From contig CAVOMZ010000007.1 of the NCBI GenBank assembly GCA_963697135.1, positions 209,110 through 273,109 on the forward strand: a stretch of 64,000 nt of DNA. The letters run 5' to 3'. The notes beneath the pieces were generated by a model, which had not been told where the DNA came from, made no database searches, and saw only the letters and a program-made list of their open reading frames with translations. Each line of letters begins with the position of its first letter. The first letter of the stretch is position 1. The DNA is from an uncultured Chloroflexia bacterium (GTDB taxonomy: Bacteria; Chloroflexota; Limnocylindria; Limnocylindrales; CSP1-4). The position numbers and the translations under genes are program-made. Below, piece by piece: positions 25,845 to 37,787 of this stretch.

Positions 25845-28824
25845 ATGAACGTGACCAGCGCCCAACCGCAACGACCGACCGACGCCACCCTGTCGGTGAC
25901 CAAGGCCGCCCGTCTCCTGGGCGTCCATCCGAATACGATCCGGGCCTGGAGCGACCAGGGCCGGCTGCGCTACTACCGGATCAACCCGCGCGGTGACCGG
26001 CGCTACCGGCTGGGCGACCTCCAGCGCTTCCTCGGGGCGGCGGCGGCCGGGGCGCGTCGACGGCTGCGCCGCCCGGACGGGGCGGCCGCGCCGGCCCGGG
26101 CCCTGGCCCGCCTGGCACCGGCAGGATCGTCGCTCGGCATCGCTCCACGACTGGAGCGGGCGGCGGCCGGCTCCCGGGCCGGACCGCCCTGGCCACCCTC
26201 GGCCCGGCCGAGGGCCCGGCCGAGCGCCAGCGCCATCTGCTCGAGCTGTCGGTCCTGACCGAGCTCGGCCGGCTGGGCTCGACCGGCCGCGACCTCGACC
26301 TGACCCTCGGCCGGGCCGTCCACCTGATCCGGTCGGCCTACGGGCTGGCCGGCGTGGCCACGTTCGGCTGGCACGACACGACCCTCGAAACGCGGGCGAT
26401 CGAAGGCTCGGCCCTGGCCCACGGCGGCAGCCGTCCGGCGGCCATCGGCGTGGCCGGACGGGCCCTCGACGAGAACCGGGCGATCCTGGTCGAACGCGGG
26501 CGGGGCCTGGCCCGGCCGGACGGGCCGATCCTGCCCGAGTCGCGCAGCGAGATCGTCGTCCCGATCCCCGGCGAGCGACGCGCCTGGGGGCTCCTCGTCC
26601 TGGGCTCGGAGATGCCCGACGGGGTGACCGAGGCGGACCTGGCCGGGGCCACGGCGCTGGCGGCCCTCGTCGGCAGCCTCGTCGCCCGGGCCGAGCTGCT
26701 CGACGAGACGAGCCGCGAGGTCCACCGCCTCGATGCCCTCCAGCGGGTCGCCGGCGACATCGGCAGCAAGCTCGACCTCGACCAGATCCTGGCCGGGATC
26801 GTCGATCACGCCATGGTCCTGTTCGCGGCCGAGCGGGCCGCCGTCTTCCTGCGCCGGCCCGACGGCGCGATCGTGTCCGAGGTTTCCCGCGGCCTGTCGG
26901 CGACCTATCTCGGCTCGGTCCGGGATCTGCCCAGGCCGTCGCTCGGGGCGGCCGCGGTCGACTCCCGCCAGCCGATGTACGCCGTCCACTACGCCGACGA
27001 CCCGCTCGGCACGGCGATGCGGGCAGCCGTGATCCAGGAAGGCTTCGACACGATGTGCGCGGCGCCGTTCTTCGACGGCGACACGCTCCTCGGCCTGCTC
27101 TGCGTCTACCACGACCGGCCTCACCACTGGACGGCCGACGAGCTCGACACGATCGATGCCTTCGCGGCCCAGGGCAGCGTCGCGATCAAGACGGCCCAGA
27201 ACTACGCCCAGATGGCGACCTGGGCGGCCCAGCTCCAGTCGATCCAGGCCCTCGGCGCACGCCTCAACCGGCTCGGCACCGCCGAGGAGGTCGGCCTGGC
27301 GATCGTGACCGAGCTGCGCGACCTGATCGACTACCACAACGTCCGGGTCTACCGGATCCGGGACGACGAGCTCGTCCCGGTTGCCTTCCAGGGCCAGGTC
27401 GGCGAGTACACGATCGAGACCGGCGAGATGCTCCGGGTGCCGGTCGGGACGGGGATCACCGGCTGGGTCGCGGAGCACGCGCGTTGCCCAGAACCTGCCC
27501 GATGCCGGCGCAGGATCCGCGGGCCACGACGATCCCGGGCACGGACGAAGACCTGGCCGAGTCGATGCTGCTGGCCCCGATGATCTACGACGACCAGGTC
27601 CTGGGCGTGGTCGTCCTCTCGAAGCTCGGCCTGAACCAGTTCACCGACGACGACCTGCGGCTGCTCGTGATCTACGCCAGCCTGGCCGCCCAGGCGATGG
27701 CCAACGCCGACACGACGAGCCTCCTGCGGGAGCGCTCGGCGGCCCTCGAGCGCCAGCTGAGCAGCCAGCGCGCCCTCCTCCTGATCACCGAGTCGATCCT
27801 GACGACCCTCGACCCGGCGGCGATCCTCGAGCAGGTCACCGACCGCCTGGCCGACCTCGTCCGCTACGACAACCTGGCCGTCGAGCTGGTCGATCGGACG
27901 GCCGGGGTGCTCCGGCCGCTGACCGCCCGGGGCGATCCATGCCGAGGCGCTTCATGCTGCCCTGGGAGCCCGGCGAGACGGGCATCGCGACCTGGGTCGT
28001 CGAGCACAACGAACCGGTCCTGATCGACGACGAGCGGATCGATCCGCGGGTCAACCAGTTCCGGGAGACGCCCGATCTCGACGCGCAGCCTGATCGTCGT
28101 CCCGCTCCGTGATCGGGTGGGGGCCCACGGGGTGCTGACCCTCGAGCGATTCGGCCGCGACGGCCGATATGGCGAGGACGAGTTCGAGCTGGTCAAGCTC
28201 TTCGCCGCCCAGGTCTCGATCGCCCTCCAGAACGCGGAGGTCTACCGGAGCGTCGAGATCCGGGCCCGCCACGACGACCTGACCGGGCTGCTCAACCACG
28301 GCACGTTCAAGGAGGTCCTGGCCCAGCGGGTCCGCGAAGGCGAGCCGTTCAGCCTGATCATGCTCGACCTGGACGACTTCCGGACCGTCAACAACGCCCT
28401 CGGCCACCAGGCCGGCGACCGGCTCCTGCGGGCGATCGCCAATTCGCTCGTGCGGGCCGGCCGGGACTCCGACCATGTCTTCCGCTACGGCGGCGACGAG
28501 TTCACCTACCTCCTGCCCGGCAGCGACGCGTCGGGGGCACTCCTCGTCGCCAACCGGGTCCGCGAGGCGGTCAACGCGGTCGGGCTCGATCCGCGCTGGG
28601 CCGACTCGGGCGCCCTGATCAGCGCCTCGATCGGGTTGGCCACCTTCCCGGTCGACGGGGAGACCGTCGAGTCGATCCTGCTCGCCGCCGACCGGGCCTG
28701 CTATGTCGCCAAGCGGACGGGGCGGGACCGGATCGCGACCGCGGCCGAGGGCCTCGCCCTGGCCGCCGAGTTCTCCCTCCAGCAGCCGACCCCGGTCGAC
28801 ACGCCGTCCGTCAGCCTGGACTGA
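25845..28824 (+). CDS. Multidomain signalling protein: N-terminal MerR/excisionase-type HTH, tandem GAF domains and a C-terminal GGDEF diguanylate cyclase. Several frame shifts.
   Basis: HTH LSVTKAARLLGVHPNTIRAWSDQGRLRYYRINPRGDRRYR. GAF regions in ORFs 26354..27583 and 27381..28112. GGDEF domain with RYGGDEF in ORF 28117..28824. Confidence 0.65.
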
Positions 28825-28896
28825 GCCGAAGCGTCACACTGGGACGGTCATGCCGAGTCCCATGGTCGTGACAGGTCAAGCTGCCGGTCCGGATCG

Positions 28897-30061
28897 ATGG
28901 GCCGAGCAGGTGGTCGGGGCGGCAGCCGCGCCGGGTCCGGGCCGAAGTCCGGCCCAGTCCGCCTGCGCCGGCTGATCGCCGGCTCGGCCGTCCTCTGGCT
29001 GGTCGCCGGTTGCGGCCTGGGCGACCTGCCGACCCGCTCGTTCCAGTCGAGCGAGCCGCCCAGCGCGGGACCGACGGCAGTGCCCAGCCCGCCGGCCGAG
29101 CCCGACGCCATCGGCCTCGAGCCTGCCCACCCCGAGCCCTCAGCCCACCGCCCTGACCTACGTCGTCAAGGCCGGCGACTCCCTGGTCAACCTCGGCCAC
29201 CGGTATCACACGACCGGCCGGAGCATCGCCTACTGGAACCGCAAGGCCTATCCGAACCTGGACCCGGACAAGCCAGCTATAACCCGAACCACCTCGAGAT
29301 CGGCTGGCGCCTGACGATCTATCCCGGCCTGGTCGACGACGACGGCAACGGCCTGCCCGATCAGACGGCCAGCCCACCGCCCCCGATCGCGCCATCGATC
29401 CCGCCGGCTCCGACCGCGCCGGCCGATGGCACGGGCCTGCTCGTGAAGCAGGGTCCTGCCGGCGGCAACGACATCGCCCTGACCTTCGACCTGGACACGA
29501 CGGGCACGGGCCTCGACATCGTCAACTGGCTCGTGGCCCAGCAGGTCCCGGCCACGATCTTCGTGACCGGCCAGCAGGCCAGCTCCGACCCGGTCACCGG
29601 CCAGGTCCTCCAGGCTCGTGGCGGCCCATCCGGACCTGCTCACCCTGGGCAACGCCTCGAACGACAACGCAGCGATGAGCACGATGAGCGCCGCCCAGGT
29701 GAGCGCCGAGCTGTCGACTGCCGAGGCCGCGATCAGCGCCGCAGGCGGGCCGACGAGCAAGCCCTTCTTCCGGCCGCCGTTCGGAGCCGAGAACCCGACG
29801 ACCGTCGCAGCGGCGGCCTCGGCCGGCTTCGACTACACGGTCCTGTGGAGCGTCGACCCGAGCGACGCCACGCCGTCCGCCCAGGGCGGTCCGACCGCCG
29901 AGGACATCGTCAGCCGGGTCGTCTCGCGAGCGACCGGCGGGGCGATCGTCCTCCTTCACCTCGGTGGCGAGCACACCCTCGAGGCACTGCCGGGCATCGT
30001 CGACGGCCTGAACCAGGCCGGGTTCGCGCCGGTCGACCTCGCCCGGATGCTCCAGCCCTGA
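28897..30061 (+). CDS. LysM-domain polysaccharide deacetylase (NodB homology) lipoprotein. Frame shifts.
   Basis: Lipobox LWLVAGC. LysM YVVKAGDSLVNLGHRYHTTGRSIAYWN. Deacetylase region ...NDIALTFDLDTTGTGLDIVNWL...FFRPPFGAEN...IVLLHLGGEHT. Confidence 0.6.
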
Positions 30062-30132
30062 GCCTGGGCGCTGCGCTGCGGTCCCAGGCGATCGGCCCGA
30101 GCCCGGCCTGACCAACGGGCTATCCTCCAGGC

Positions 30133-30883
30133 ATGCCTGCCGTCCCGAGGATCGTGGTGACCGTCGCCGACCCGGCGATCCAGGCCGATCCGGCCATCGC
30201 GGCCAGGAAGAACGTCCTCTACCTCGAGGCCGTCCGGCGGTCCGGCGGCGAGCCAATCGAGCTCGACGCGACGAGCTCCGAGGCCGACCGACGGACAGCC
30301 TTCGAGACGATGGACGGCCTCCTGCTGACCGGCGGGGCGGACATCGACCCGGCCCGCTACGGGCGGCCAAACCAGGGCTCGGTGGACATCGAGCCGGAGC
30401 GGGATGCGCTCGAGGCCACGGCCTACGCTGCAGCGGCCGCCCGGGCCGTCCCGATCCTCGGCCTCTGCCGCGGCTTCCAGGCGATCAACGTGTTCAACGG
30501 CGGGACCCTCCTCCAGCACGTGCCCGGCCACGTCGGAGCCGGCTGGGGCCATGGGCCGGCGGCGGAGCATGCCGCTCCGGCTCGTTCCGGGCAGCCGCCT
30601 GGCCCGGATCCTGTCACCGACAAATCCGCGGGCCGGCGCGACGACGGTCAACTCGTACCACCACCAGGCGATCCGGGCGGCCGACCTCGCCCCGGGCCTC
30701 GTCGCGAGTGCCTGGGCGTCGAGCTCGGAAGGCGACCTGGTCGAGGGCTTCGAGGCGGCCGACGGGCGGGTCCTGCTCGGTGTCCAGTGCCACCCGGAGC
30801 GGACCGAATCGACGCCGACCTCGTTCGAGCGCCTGTGGCGCTACTTCATCGACGCCTGCCGGGGACCGATCGCCGCCCGCTGA
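30133..30883 (+). CDS. Class I glutamine amidotransferase-like hydrolase (gamma-glutamyl-GABA hydrolase/PuuD-like). Frame shift near 30560.
   Basis: ...[15 protein letters not shown]...[19 protein letters not shown] (nucleophile Cys), then after a slip ...VNSYHHQAI...GVQCHPE. Confidence 0.6.
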
Positions 30884-30888
30884 CGCCG

Positions 30889-31642
30889 CTACATCCGGCC
30901 GGCGGCGATCACCCGATCGAGGAACTGGCGGGTCCGCGGCTCGGCCGGCGCCGAGAAGATCTGGCTCGGGCGGGCCCTCCTCGAGGATCCGGCCGGCATC
31001 GAGGAAGCAGACCCGGTTGGCGATGTCCCGGGCGAAGCCCATCTCGTGGGTCGCGATGATCATCGTCATGCCGCCCTCGGCCAGGTCCCGGACGACGTTG
31101 AGGACCTCGGCCACGAGCTCCGGGTCGAGGGCGCTCGTGATCTCGTCGAGGAGGAGCAGCTCGGGCTGCATGGCCAGGGCCCGGACGATCGCGACCCGCT
31201 GCTGCTGGCCGCCCGACAGCCGGTCGGGATACTCGGTCGCGCTTGTCGGCCAGGCCGAACCGGGCGAGCAGCTCGGTCGCCTCGCGCTCGGCCTCGGCCT
31301 GCGGGCCGCCGGAGGGCCCGGCGCGGGCCGAGGGTCACGTTGTCGAGGACGCTCAGGTGGGGGAACAGGTTGAACGCCTGGAAGACGATCCCGATCCGCC
31401 GCCGGACCGCGTTCTCGTCGACGTCCGGCCGGGTGATGTCGGTGCCGTCGATGAGGATCCGGCCGGCGTCGATCGGCTCGAGCAGGTTGATGCAGCGGAG
31501 CAGGGTCGACTTGCCGCTGCCCGAGGCGCCGATCAGGCAGACGACCTCGTGCTCGGCCGACGGTCAGGTCGATCCCGCGCAGGACCTCGAGCGGTCCGAA
31601 GCGCTTGTGGAGGCCCTCGATCCGGACGATGTCGCGGCTCAT
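30889..31642 (-). CDS. Polar amino-acid ABC transporter ATP-binding protein. Frame shifts.
   Basis: [26 protein letters not shown]..., [57 protein letters not shown]. Confidence 0.8.
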
Positions 31643-32467
31643 CGGGCACCGGCCAGGTAGCGCCGCCGGTCGCGGGCGACGAGGTAGTCGGTCAGCCGGG
31701 TGAGGGGCAGGGTGATCACCAGGAAGATGACCGACAGGGCCAGGTAGGGCGTGTAGTTGAAGTGCGCCTGCTGCTCGATCTGGGCCGTCCGGAAGGCCTC
31801 GACGACCCCGATGTACGAGACCAGGACGGTGTCCTTCTGGAGCCCGATGAAGTCGTTCAGGAGGGGCGGGATCACCCGCCGGATCGCCTGCGGGATGACC
31901 ACGAAGCGGAGGGCCTGGACCTGGGTCAGGCCGAGCGACCGGGCGGCCGCGGCCTGGCTCGGGTGGATCGACTCGATCCCGGCCCGGTAGACCTCCGAGA
32001 CGTAGGCCGTGTAGACCAGGGTGAGCGACGACGCACGCCCAGAAGAACGGGTCGGTCGGCACGCCCGGGCAGCCCCAGGCCGGGCACCCCGAAGCCGAGC
32101 ACGAAGATGATCGAGGATGCTGGGCAGGCCCCGGAAGACGTCGGCGTAGATCGATCGCCATGAGGCGGATCGGGTAGAAGACCGGGCTCGACAGGCTGCG
32201 CAGGACCGCCACGACGAGGCCGAGCGGCAGGACGAGCACCTCGGCGATCAGGAACAGCTGGATGTTCAGGACGAAGGCCTGGAGGATGACCGGCAGGAAG
32301 CGCCAGAACGTCTCCGGGTCGAAGAAGTCCTGCTGGACGAGCGGCCAGCTGGGCGAGTTCGTGATGACGATCGCGAGCGGCGGCGAAGACGGCACGACCG
32401 TGCTGACCAGCGCGATCAGCGCGGAGCGGCCGCCGACTGTCCGACGGCGGCCGCTGGGCAGGCTCAC
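31639..32467 (-). CDS. Polar amino-acid ABC transporter permease. Frame shifts.
   Basis: C-terminus ...[39 protein letters not shown]... (EAA-like loop). The N-terminal TM region is in ORF 30614..32467. Confidence 0.7.
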
Positions 32468-32566
32468 GGGCCAGCTCTCGAGCCGGCTCGCCGGACGGAG
32501 CCGAGCCGCGGACGTCGGACCCTACTTGGAGGGCCGGGGCGCCCTGGTCGTAGATCCACTTCTGGG

Positions 32567-33474
32567 TCAGGGCTGGTCGAGCGTCCCGTCCGCCTTGATC
32601 GCGGCGAGCGCCTGGTTGACGCAAGCGGTCAGCGTGCTGCCCTTGCCGAGCAGGACGCTGAAGTACTCCGCGTCGCCGACCGTCGGCAGGTAGCCGACGA
32701 TCGTGCCCCCGGTCAGCTGGGCGTCGCGCATGTAGAAGGCCGTCGGCAGGTCGACCACGATCCCGTCGATCTGCTTGGCCTGGAGGGCCTTCACGGCGCC
32801 GTCGACGTCGTTGTAGACGCTCGGCGCCTTGGTCGGCTGGATGTTGTCGGTGATGTAGCTGTAGCTGGTCGTGCCGACCGGCGCGCCGAGCTTGAAGGCC
32901 GCCAGGCCGGCGACGGTCGTGACCTTCGAGATCGCGTTGGCCTTGAGCGCGACGACGGCCTGGTTCAGGTCGAAGTAGCCGTCGGTGAGGTCGACCGCCT
33001 TGGTCCGGTCGGCGCTGTACGAGACCTGGGTGAGGTAGATGTCGAACGTCTTCGCGCCGGGCGCGATCGCGCTGTCGAACGCGACCGGCGATCCAGGTCA
33101 CGTCGTCCTGGGCGAAGCCCATCGCCTTGGCCACGGCGTAGGCGACCGAGGCTTCGAAACCCTGCCTGTTGAACGGGTTGCCGAGCTGCCACTTGGCGTC
33201 GGGCGCCGTGCTCGGGTCCGGCTGGAAGTAGGGCGGGTAGGCCGGGTTGTCGGCGCCGATCGTGAGCTTGCCCGCGGCGATCGTCTGGTGGTCGGCGCAG
33301 GCGCTCGGCCGACGGGCTGGGCGTGGCCGGGGCCGCGGAAGCGGCCGCGGGAGCGAGGTCGGCGCGACGTGGGAGCGGCCGTCGGGGCGACCGTCGGGGC
33401 GGCGGTCGCGGCGCTGGAACAGGCGGCAGGAGCACCGTTGCGAGGGTGGCAACGCTGAACAAGGCTCTGCGCAT
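32567..33474 (-). CDS. Polar amino-acid ABC transporter substrate-binding protein. Frame shifts.
   Basis: My own translation from the ATG at 33474 gives MRRALFSVATLATVLL... (signal peptide), ...KLTIGADNPAYPPYF..., and a C-terminus ...KALQAKQIDGIVVDLPTAFYMRDAQL...ACVNQALAAIKADGTLDQP*. Confidence 0.7.
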
Positions 33475-33846
33475 GGTGGGCTCCTCGTTGGCTGGCCGGG
33501 CTCGTGGCCGAACGCGGCGGAGTGTAAACGACGAGCAGCACTGTCGTCGGGGGCGGCTCACCGAGTGGGCAGCAATCCCCAAACGGTTCGTGCCGGGGCG
33601 GATCCAGACGAGGGTCCGGCGGGGATTGCCGTGCGGCCCGGCCGGTCGCGGAGCAAATCCGGTCCCGGCGGGTGGCTGCCCGCCCAATTCGGCGACCGAA
33701 CGGTCGAGCCAGGGCGGAATCGCCGAAGCGGCGTCGGGAGGAGGCACGACGCCGCTTCGGTGGTCGGACCGGGCTGGCGGGAGGAGGAGAGCGCCAGCTC
33801 GACCCTTGATCTGGTCCGGGGCGGTCAGCCGCCCGTTGCCTTCCGC

Positions 33847-34219
33847 TCAGTGCAGCCGGCCGGTGTCTTCGTCGAGGCCCCATCGGCCGGTCCGGCTCGA
33901 GCTCGCGCAGGAAGAGCAGCCGGTTGATCTCGCTCAGCGTCCAATGGGCCTCGCCCACGGGCAGTCCGCACAGGTAGGCGGTCAGGTTCGCCGCTTCGTC
34001 AGCCGCCAGGCCCTTCAGGAGGAGGAGCCGATAGGTCGCTCGCGTCGCCGGGTCGTGGTTCGCCGGTCCCTGGTGGCGGACCGTCCGGGTCGCCTTCGGG
34101 GCCGTGGAGATGCTGGAGCCAGACGCGCCCGCGGAGCCCGCCGCGACCGCCCGCGACGAGGCCGCGACCCGGGATCGAGCCCCGGTTGCGTGCGCCCCGC
34201 TGCGACGACGTTCGGCCAT
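33847..34219 (-). CDS. Small hypothetical protein
   Basis: ATG at 34219. Arg/Ala/Ser-rich first half, then ...TRATYRLLLLKGLAADEAANLTAYLCGLPVGEAHWTLSEINRLLFLRELEP. Embedded in a longer ORF that looks spurious. Weak. Confidence 0.25.
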
Positions 34220-34545
34220 GGTCCACGTTCCGCCTGTTGCTCCCGGATCGTCAGATGTGCCAGGTCGGGAACGTCTCCCGATGTCGGTACTGTCGCGATC
34301 TGGCGGGGTCCGATCGATAGGCCCTCGGTACCATCGGGGGTAGTACTTGCGGCGACCGGGAGCGCCCGCCGTGCTGCTCGATACCCGACCTGAACCGTCC
34401 ATACCGCCCTCCGCCGGGGCGACGATCGTCCCGTTGCCATCCCTGACGGTCGAGCAGGCCATCCGGTGACGCGGGGCGGAACCGCCGGACGGCCGACGCG
34501 GGTCTAGACTCCGGCCCGTGCGATTTCGAACGATCGAGCTCCGGC

Positions 34546-35703
34546 TTGACCGCGCTGGCCCTGACCGTGCTGTGGGGGCTGGGTGCCCTGTACATCCTGC
34601 TGGCCTACCGCCCGGGCGGCCCGATCGACGTCGTGGTCGGCCTGGTCGCCGTCGCCCCGACCGGGGTCGGGCTGGCGGCGGTCGCCTGGCCACCCCTGGT
34701 CCGCGGCGAGCGAATGTTCCTCGGGGTGATGAGCCTCGGGGTGGGGGCGATCCTGCTCCTGATCCCGTCGACCGGGGCGGTCCTGAACCAGGTCGTGAAC
34801 GGTGGGGCCCAGACCCTGCTCCCCTCGCTGGAGCTGGCTTATCCATGGTTCCTGGCCCTCCTCGCGACGAGCATCTTCGCCGGCCTCGGAATCGCCCGAC
34901 GGATGCTCGGCAGCGGGTCGCCCCGATCGGTCAGGCTGGCCCGGGGGATCGGCCTCGGGATCGGGGCCACCCTCGTGATCAGCTCGACCTTCGCCGGCGT
35001 CGCCGTGGCCAATGACCTCGCCCTGCGCGATCGTCCGGCGGCCTTCTCGCCGTTCGGGCCGACCGACCCGAACCGCCAGCCGCCGGATTGCTCGAGCCCG
35101 ATCACGACCGGCACCACGGCCCTCCTGAGCGAGCAGATGTCGGCCTCGATCGACGACCACCCGGTCGGCCAATACCAGCTCGTTGGCGAACGGAGCGGGA
35201 CCGACCTCCGCTGGACCGCCGACGTGGCGACCGACCGGGCCCTCGGCCGCTACGGGGCGGCCCGGGTCGGCGCAGATACCTGGCTCCAGACGGCGGGCGG
35301 GGCCTGGAGCCGGGCCGATCCAGGCGCCGTGGCCGGAGGCGGGATCGACCTCCAGGTCCAGGCCGAGGCGCTGACCAGCGAGCTGCGCACGGCTGCCGAG
35401 GACCGCGGCCTTGAGTTCATCGAGGGAGCCCGGGCCCGCCATTGCCGGATCGAGATCGATGGCCCGACGTTCGTCGCCGCGTTTCCCCAGGTCGCCTGGT
35501 TTGTCGGCGCAGATCCGCTCGAGCACTGGCGGGGCAGGCTCGACTACTGGATCTTCTCTGATGGTGAAATCGGCAAGGTCGAGTCGTCGGTCAGCGGCGA
35601 GGCGGCTCCGCTCGGCCGGGACGGCATTCTCGGGGCCATCGAGGTGACCCTCGACGCAACGAACCGGGACCAGTTCCGGACGATCAGCCCGCCGGCAGGA
35701 TGA
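34546..35703 (+). CDS. Hypothetical membrane protein: N-terminal polytopic region plus a soluble C-terminal domain
   Basis: Four or five TM helices (ALTVLWGLGALYILLAY, VVGLVAVAPTGVGLAAVAW, ...), then a non-repetitive domain of about 200 aa. TTG start. Confidence 0.5.
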   Translation: MTALALTVLWGLGALYILLAYRPGGPIDVVVGLVAVAPTGVGLAAVAWPPLVRGERMFLGVMSLGVGAILLLIPSTGAVLNQVVNGGAQTLLPSLELAYPWFLALLATSIFAGLGIARRMLGSGSPRSVRLARGIGLGIGATLVISSTFAGVAVANDLALRDRPAAFSPFGPTDPNRQPPDCSSPITTGTTALLSEQMSASIDDHPVGQYQLVGERSGTDLRWTADVATDRALGRYGAARVGADTWLQTAGGAWSRADPGAVAGGGIDLQVQAEALTSELRTAAEDRGLEFIEGARARHCRIEIDGPTFVAAFPQVAWFVGADPLEHWRGRLDYWIFSDGEIGKVESSVSGEAAPLGRDGILGAIEVTLDATNRDQFRTISPPAG

Positions 35704-35746
35704 GCCGGCCGGCCCAGCGAGCCGTCGCTCGACGGCGGGAGGGGAG

Positions 35747-36754
35747 ATGACCTTCGACGAGCGTGACCGGCTCAGCGCGAAGCGGGACCGCACCGCCCGC
35801 TTCTACCGGGTCGTCCGGTTCCTCGAGGGGCGGGGCGACCGGGGCGCGACCCCGGAGGAGATCGCGGCCGCGGTCGGAATGTCGAAGCGGACGGTCTACC
35901 GTGACCTGAAGGCGATCGAGGAGGAGCTGCTCCTCCCGATCTGGTCCGAGGAGGGTCATTACGGCCTGGCCGACAGCGGGCTCCTGCCGGCCTTCAGCCT
36001 GACCCGAGAAGAGGCGATGGCCGTCTTCCTGTCGGCTCGCCTGATGGCTCGCTACGCGGACGAGTACGACCCGGACCTCGGCGCCGCCTTCCAGAAGCTC
36101 GCCGAGGGGCTGCCGCCGGTGCTGGCCCGGCACATCGTCGACTCGGTCGATGCCCTGTCCCAGATGCGCCCGGCCGAACCCGGCCGGCGCTCGATCATTC
36201 GGAGCCTGACCGGCGCCTGGGCCGATCGACGGGTCGTGGAGCTGGACTATCGGACGGGGACCTACGACGCCCAAAAAGGCACCCGCCGGGCGCGGGTCCG
36301 GCCCTACCTGATCGAGCCCTCCCTGACGACTCGGGCGCTGTACCTCATCGGCTTCGACGAGACCCGGGCGGCGGTCCGGACCTTCAAGATCAGCCGGATC
36401 GAATCGGTCACGACGACCCTCGACCAATTCGAGCCGCCCTCGGAGGCGGCCATCGAGCAGTCCCTGACGGTGGCCTGGGACATCATCTCGGACCAACCGG
36501 CGGCGGAGGTCCGGCTGCGCTTCTCGAGCGCGGTTGCCGGCCGGGTCCAGGAGACGCGCTGGCATCCCAGCCAGGCGGTCGAGGTCGAACCCGACGGCCG
36601 CCTGATCTGGCGGGCGACCGTGGCGGGGATCGTCGAGATCCGGTCGTGGATCCTGGGCTGGGGGGCGGATGTCGAGGTCCTTGAGCCGGCGGACCTGCGG
36701 GCCGAGGTCCGCTCGATCCTCGATTCCGCGACGAGGCGCTACGCAGCCGGCTGA
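35747..36754 (+). CDS. WYL-domain transcriptional regulator (HTH plus WYL plus C-terminal WCX-like domain; PafBC/BrxR/CapW-like architecture)
   Basis: N-terminal HTH ...GATPEEIAAAVGMSKRTVYRDLKAIEE. Central WYL region ...RRVVELDYRTGTYDAQKGTRRARVRPYLIEPSLTTRALYLIGFDE. Confidence 0.8.
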   Translation: MTFDERDRLSAKRDRTARFYRVVRFLEGRGDRGATPEEIAAAVGMSKRTVYRDLKAIEEELLLPIWSEEGHYGLADSGLLPAFSLTREEAMAVFLSARLMARYADEYDPDLGAAFQKLAEGLPPVLARHIVDSVDALSQMRPAEPGRRSIIRSLTGAWADRRVVELDYRTGTYDAQKGTRRARVRPYLIEPSLTTRALYLIGFDETRAAVRTFKISRIESVTTTLDQFEPPSEAAIEQSLTVAWDIISDQPAAEVRLRFSSAVAGRVQETRWHPSQAVEVEPDGRLIWRATVAGIVEIRSWILGWGADVEVLEPADLRAEVRSILDSATRRYAAG

Positions 36755-36929
36755 GCAGGACCCGGACTGCCTCCTCCGGCGTGGTTCGGTTCGGTAAGGT
36801 CTGGGGTGGTCAGGTTCGGGTTGGTCCAGAACGGTAGGGAGCGGTGACCACTGGTGTGGTACGCACCAAAATCGTTTCGGTTACCCTAGCCGTCCATTGT
36901 TCGCCCGTCGACGATCCGCGACCCGCGCG

Positions 36930-37778
36930 ATGCACCCCGTCCGGGCGGCTCTCCTTGCCGTCCTCGTTGCCGGGGCCTGGTTCGTCCAGCCGCCTGGAGC
37001 GGCGGCCGCCGGGCCGGCCCCGACCAGTCCGGCCACGACCACGCTGGCCACGACCACCCCGGCAACGGTCAGCACCGCAGCCACGATGGATAGCCAAATT
37101 CTGAACTCGATGAATGCCGATCGAGCCAGCCGCAACCTCGTCGCCCTGCGGGTCGACAGCCGACTGGCGGCCTGGGCCACGGATCGGGCGGCCTGGATGG
37201 CCGACCACGCAATTCTCACCCACACGAGCTACGGCGGGTCTCCCTGCAACCTGTTCGTGGTCGAGCGGATCACCTGGTACCAGTGCGGCGAGGCGATCGC
37301 CGACACGACGACGACGTTCGGGGCGAAGGCCGCAAGCGCCCTGTACGGGCTCTGGAAGGGCAGCCCTGAGCATTTCGCCCTGATCACGAGCAGCACCTTC
37401 AATTACGTCGGGGTCGGGGTGGCCTACCGGGCCGCCAACCACACGACCTACGGCTCGATCCTCTTCCTCGAGGGTCCCGAGCACAACCGGCCGATCCCGA
37501 GCTGGACCTCCGCCTACCACTACGCCCAGACGGTCCATTGGAGCTGGACGGCCTACGAGCCCCGTCTCCAGACGCACACCGCCGCAGTCGCCAACTACGA
37601 TGTCCAGATCCGGGTCAACCGCGGTTCCTGGCACTGGCTCCGGATCCGTTCGACCGGGACCAGCGCGACGTTCCGCAACCTAGCCCCGGGGACGAGCCTG
37701 GAGATCCGGATCGAGGCCCGCGACACTGTCGGCAACGTCTCCGGCTGGCTGACGTCGACGACGTTTACGGTGCCCTGA
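36930..37778 (+). CDS. Secreted CAP (SCP/PR-1-like) domain protein with a C-terminal fibronectin-III-like domain
   Basis: Signal peptide MHPVRAALLAVLVAGAWFVQPPGAAAA. Thr/Pro linker. CAP core ...GEAIADTT...HFALITSSTFNYVGVGV.... C-terminus ...YDVQIRVNRGSWHWLRIRSTGTSATFRNLAPGTSLEIRIEARDTVGNVSGW. Confidence 0.7.
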   Translation: MHPVRAALLAVLVAGAWFVQPPGAAAAGPAPTSPATTTLATTTPATVSTAATMDSQILNSMNADRASRNLVALRVDSRLAAWATDRAAWMADHAILTHTSYGGSPCNLFVVERITWYQCGEAIADTTTTFGAKAASALYGLWKGSPEHFALITSSTFNYVGVGVAYRAANHTTYGSILFLEGPEHNRPIPSWTSAYHYAQTVHWSWTAYEPRLQTHTAAVANYDVQIRVNRGSWHWLRIRSTGTSATFRNLAPGTSLEIRIEARDTVGNVSGWLTSTTFTVP

Positions 37779-37787
37779 CCGCGGCTC

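Noticed and set aside
33098-34846. 582-aa minus-strand ORF and 356-aa plus-strand ORF (33323..34393) in the about 1-kb gap after the ABC transporter
   Set aside because: Both are low-complexity Arg/Gly/Pro-rich. Only a short segment (33847-34219, minus) shows protein-like sequence, and it is listed separately at low confidence.
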